Shown: in pieces, positions 62,400 through 64,000 of the stretch | How positions within the stretch are numbered: the first letter of the stretch is position 1 | Layout of the letters: every line of letters starts with the position of its first letter | DNA from: Takakia lepidozioides | Lineage: Eukaryota; Plantae; Bryophyta | Direction: 5' to 3' | Assembly (NCBI GenBank): GCA_030704615.1 | Contig: CM060734.1 | Span: 23,002,001-23,066,000, forward strand | DNA: 64,000 nucleotides | Translations under genes and position numbers: made by a program | Notes under the pieces: generated by a model | What the model saw: only the letters and a program-made list of their open reading frames with translations | Database searches by the model: none | What the model was told of the DNA's origin: nothing

Positions 62400-62720
62400 C
62401 TTTTTTATGGCTGCTCCAGAAGACTCCCCAATCGTCGGGGACCCTTTGCGCTTCGGACTGCTCTCCACGCCTCGCATGTTCTAGAGCATCTCCCCCATCC
62501 TCTCTTCCACTATTAGGTTCTTCATGAGGCCAGCGTCAACATCATCTTCGGCGTCTGCCTCTCCCTCGGATGCAGTGTCCTCCTCATCTGTTCTTGGAAC
62601 TATGGCAGGCTGCTGTTCTCTCCGGATTCCTGCTCTTCCATCGCCGAACTTTGCTCTTTGCCCTCTTCTTCCGCCTTTTCCTCTTCGGCCACTCTTTCCA
62701 TCCTCATTCTATATCTGGCT
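62400..62720 (-). other. Possible acidic low-complexity first exon of the ParB-MTase gene
   Basis: GA-rich, E/D/G/R-rich coding potential (TDEEDTASEGEADAEDDVD; EEPNSGREDGGDALEH...AAIKK|gt) needing at least one frameshift; the exon at 59960 has a CTGCAG acceptor. Confidence 0.3.
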
Positions 62721-63672
62721 CTATTCCTGTTTCTAGAGCTCGTGAAGTATAATGACTTCCTTCTCTTCCTCCTCCGCTAGAAACAAGGGCTCCCCACGAT
62801 GCCTCTAGAGTTCTCCAGTTTGACGTTTGCAACAAGGGTTGCTATTGCATGTAACCAAAATCAAAATTGGACATTGTCAACCGTATTTGGATGCGGGTGT
62901 TGTTATTGTGTGCGAACGGAATTCATCCATTTCGGCGTCTTTGTATTATTCAAGAAATAAAGTGCTAGAAAATATGTACATCCGTTGCATGTACTTGTGA
63001 TATATGTCAGATGTACTTCGCCGCCTGCCAATATATGACGGCCTTCTTGCATGGTTTCAAATTCGGAAGTGCCGTAGAAATCTAATGCTAGTTCAATTTG
63101 GAGCAGTTCTTGCAGATTCGCCATAAATGTTGTGCTTCACATATGCATCCACGTGTGTCGTACTGCCTGCCCTGTGCTTTGCATTTTGCCGTCATCGTCG
63201 CCATGGGGTCATTCGGTATAAAGGGTTGTGTCGGAAATGATCTTGTGTTGCACACATCCATGCGAGGTGACTCTTGGAGTGTCAGTGTTTGTGCTGTGCT
63301 TTTCTGGCACGGCACAACCTCATTACATTCGGGGTCTTCCTGTTTACTGCTCTCCAGGGTTGTTGCCGTCTTTCCATAAAGGATGGTTTCATGTCATGTT
63401 CAGGGTTTGTTTTTCATCCAAAAACAACACGGCTTCTTGTGGCTTCCTGTATTTGAAAACAGTTTTTCTAGTTGGTGTCTCTCAGCGTGGTTGTCTGCGA
63501 AGTTCAGTGCATGTTATTCCTGCATCCTTTTGATGCATCGCCCGCAGCCTTTGGGTTAGTGCTACCCTTGTTGACCTCAATTTTTTTTGTGGTGGATCCC
63601 CTTTCGAGAATTGCGGGCTATCAGTTCGGGGATTCCGTTGTGGATCGAAAGTTTCGGTCAGCGTAGGAAAAC

Positions 63673-64000
63673 ATGTCCAGGGAGAGAGATAGATTAGCCC
63701 GATTTCATTCCAATGCAGGTAGTCTTCCACTGACTGCCACTGCAGACGACGATGGGTTTGCAGTTGTTCATGAGGATGAGCTGGTTACAGTGTTCCCACT
63801 GGAATTGGGTTCTCTGCTTGTTCAAAAAGAGGTGTATGACGAGGATGGGAATTTGGATTATGGACATTTGGAGAAACCATTGGTTGGCGAGTGTGGAAGG
63901 AAGTGGAGAGTCCTTCCAGGCACATACCGTGTCCTTGGAAAAGAGAGAAGACAATCAGCAGGATCAGTCATTACCCCTGGAACTACAGCATCGGTCGTGT
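63673..64000 (+). CDS. 5' part of an unknown ORF, divergent from the ParB-MTase gene, running off the window
   Basis: ATG at 63673 and 109 codons without a stop (MSRERDRLARFHSNAGSLPLTATADDDGFAVVHEDELVTVFPL...). Confidence 0.4.
   Translation, partial: MSRERDRLARFHSNAGSLPLTATADDDGFAVVHEDELVTVFPLELGSLLVQKEVYDEDGNLDYGHLEKPLVGECGRKWRVLPGTYRVLGKERRQSAGSVITPGTTASVV

Overview
Eukaryotic, TE-dense window with no prokaryotic genes. An IBH1-type atypical bHLH ORF and the retroelement types point to a land plant, probably non-seed (inference). Contents: (i) two full-length Ty3/Gypsy elements of one family with TSDs (613-13893, 20465-33371), each with an extra ORF upstream of gag and a ~1,250-codon extra ORF after pol; (ii) CACTA ends, a 1.8-kb tandem repeat carrying a LINE fragment, and a 1.0-kb tandem repeat; (iii) a different Ty3/Gypsy element (~43.7-50.4 kb, plus two fragments at 35-38 kb) whose Pol has a complete DNMT3-like C5-cytosine methyltransferase between protease and RT; (iv) a nine-exon minus-strand gene (55854-59960, ~1,040 codons, all eight GT-AG introns phase-consistent) fusing a ParB/Srx-like domain to a beta-class N6-adenine/N4-cytosine methyltransferase fold. 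Directly upstream of (iv) is an array of 19 36-bp palindromes, mostly spaced 116 bp apart, and downstream is a TTAA/piggyBac-like end. Items (iii) and (iv) are the best candidates for an unusual system. Both copies carry stops or frameshifts, and some homopolymer frameshifts may be sequencing errors. All domain calls are by motif recognition; no searches were run.
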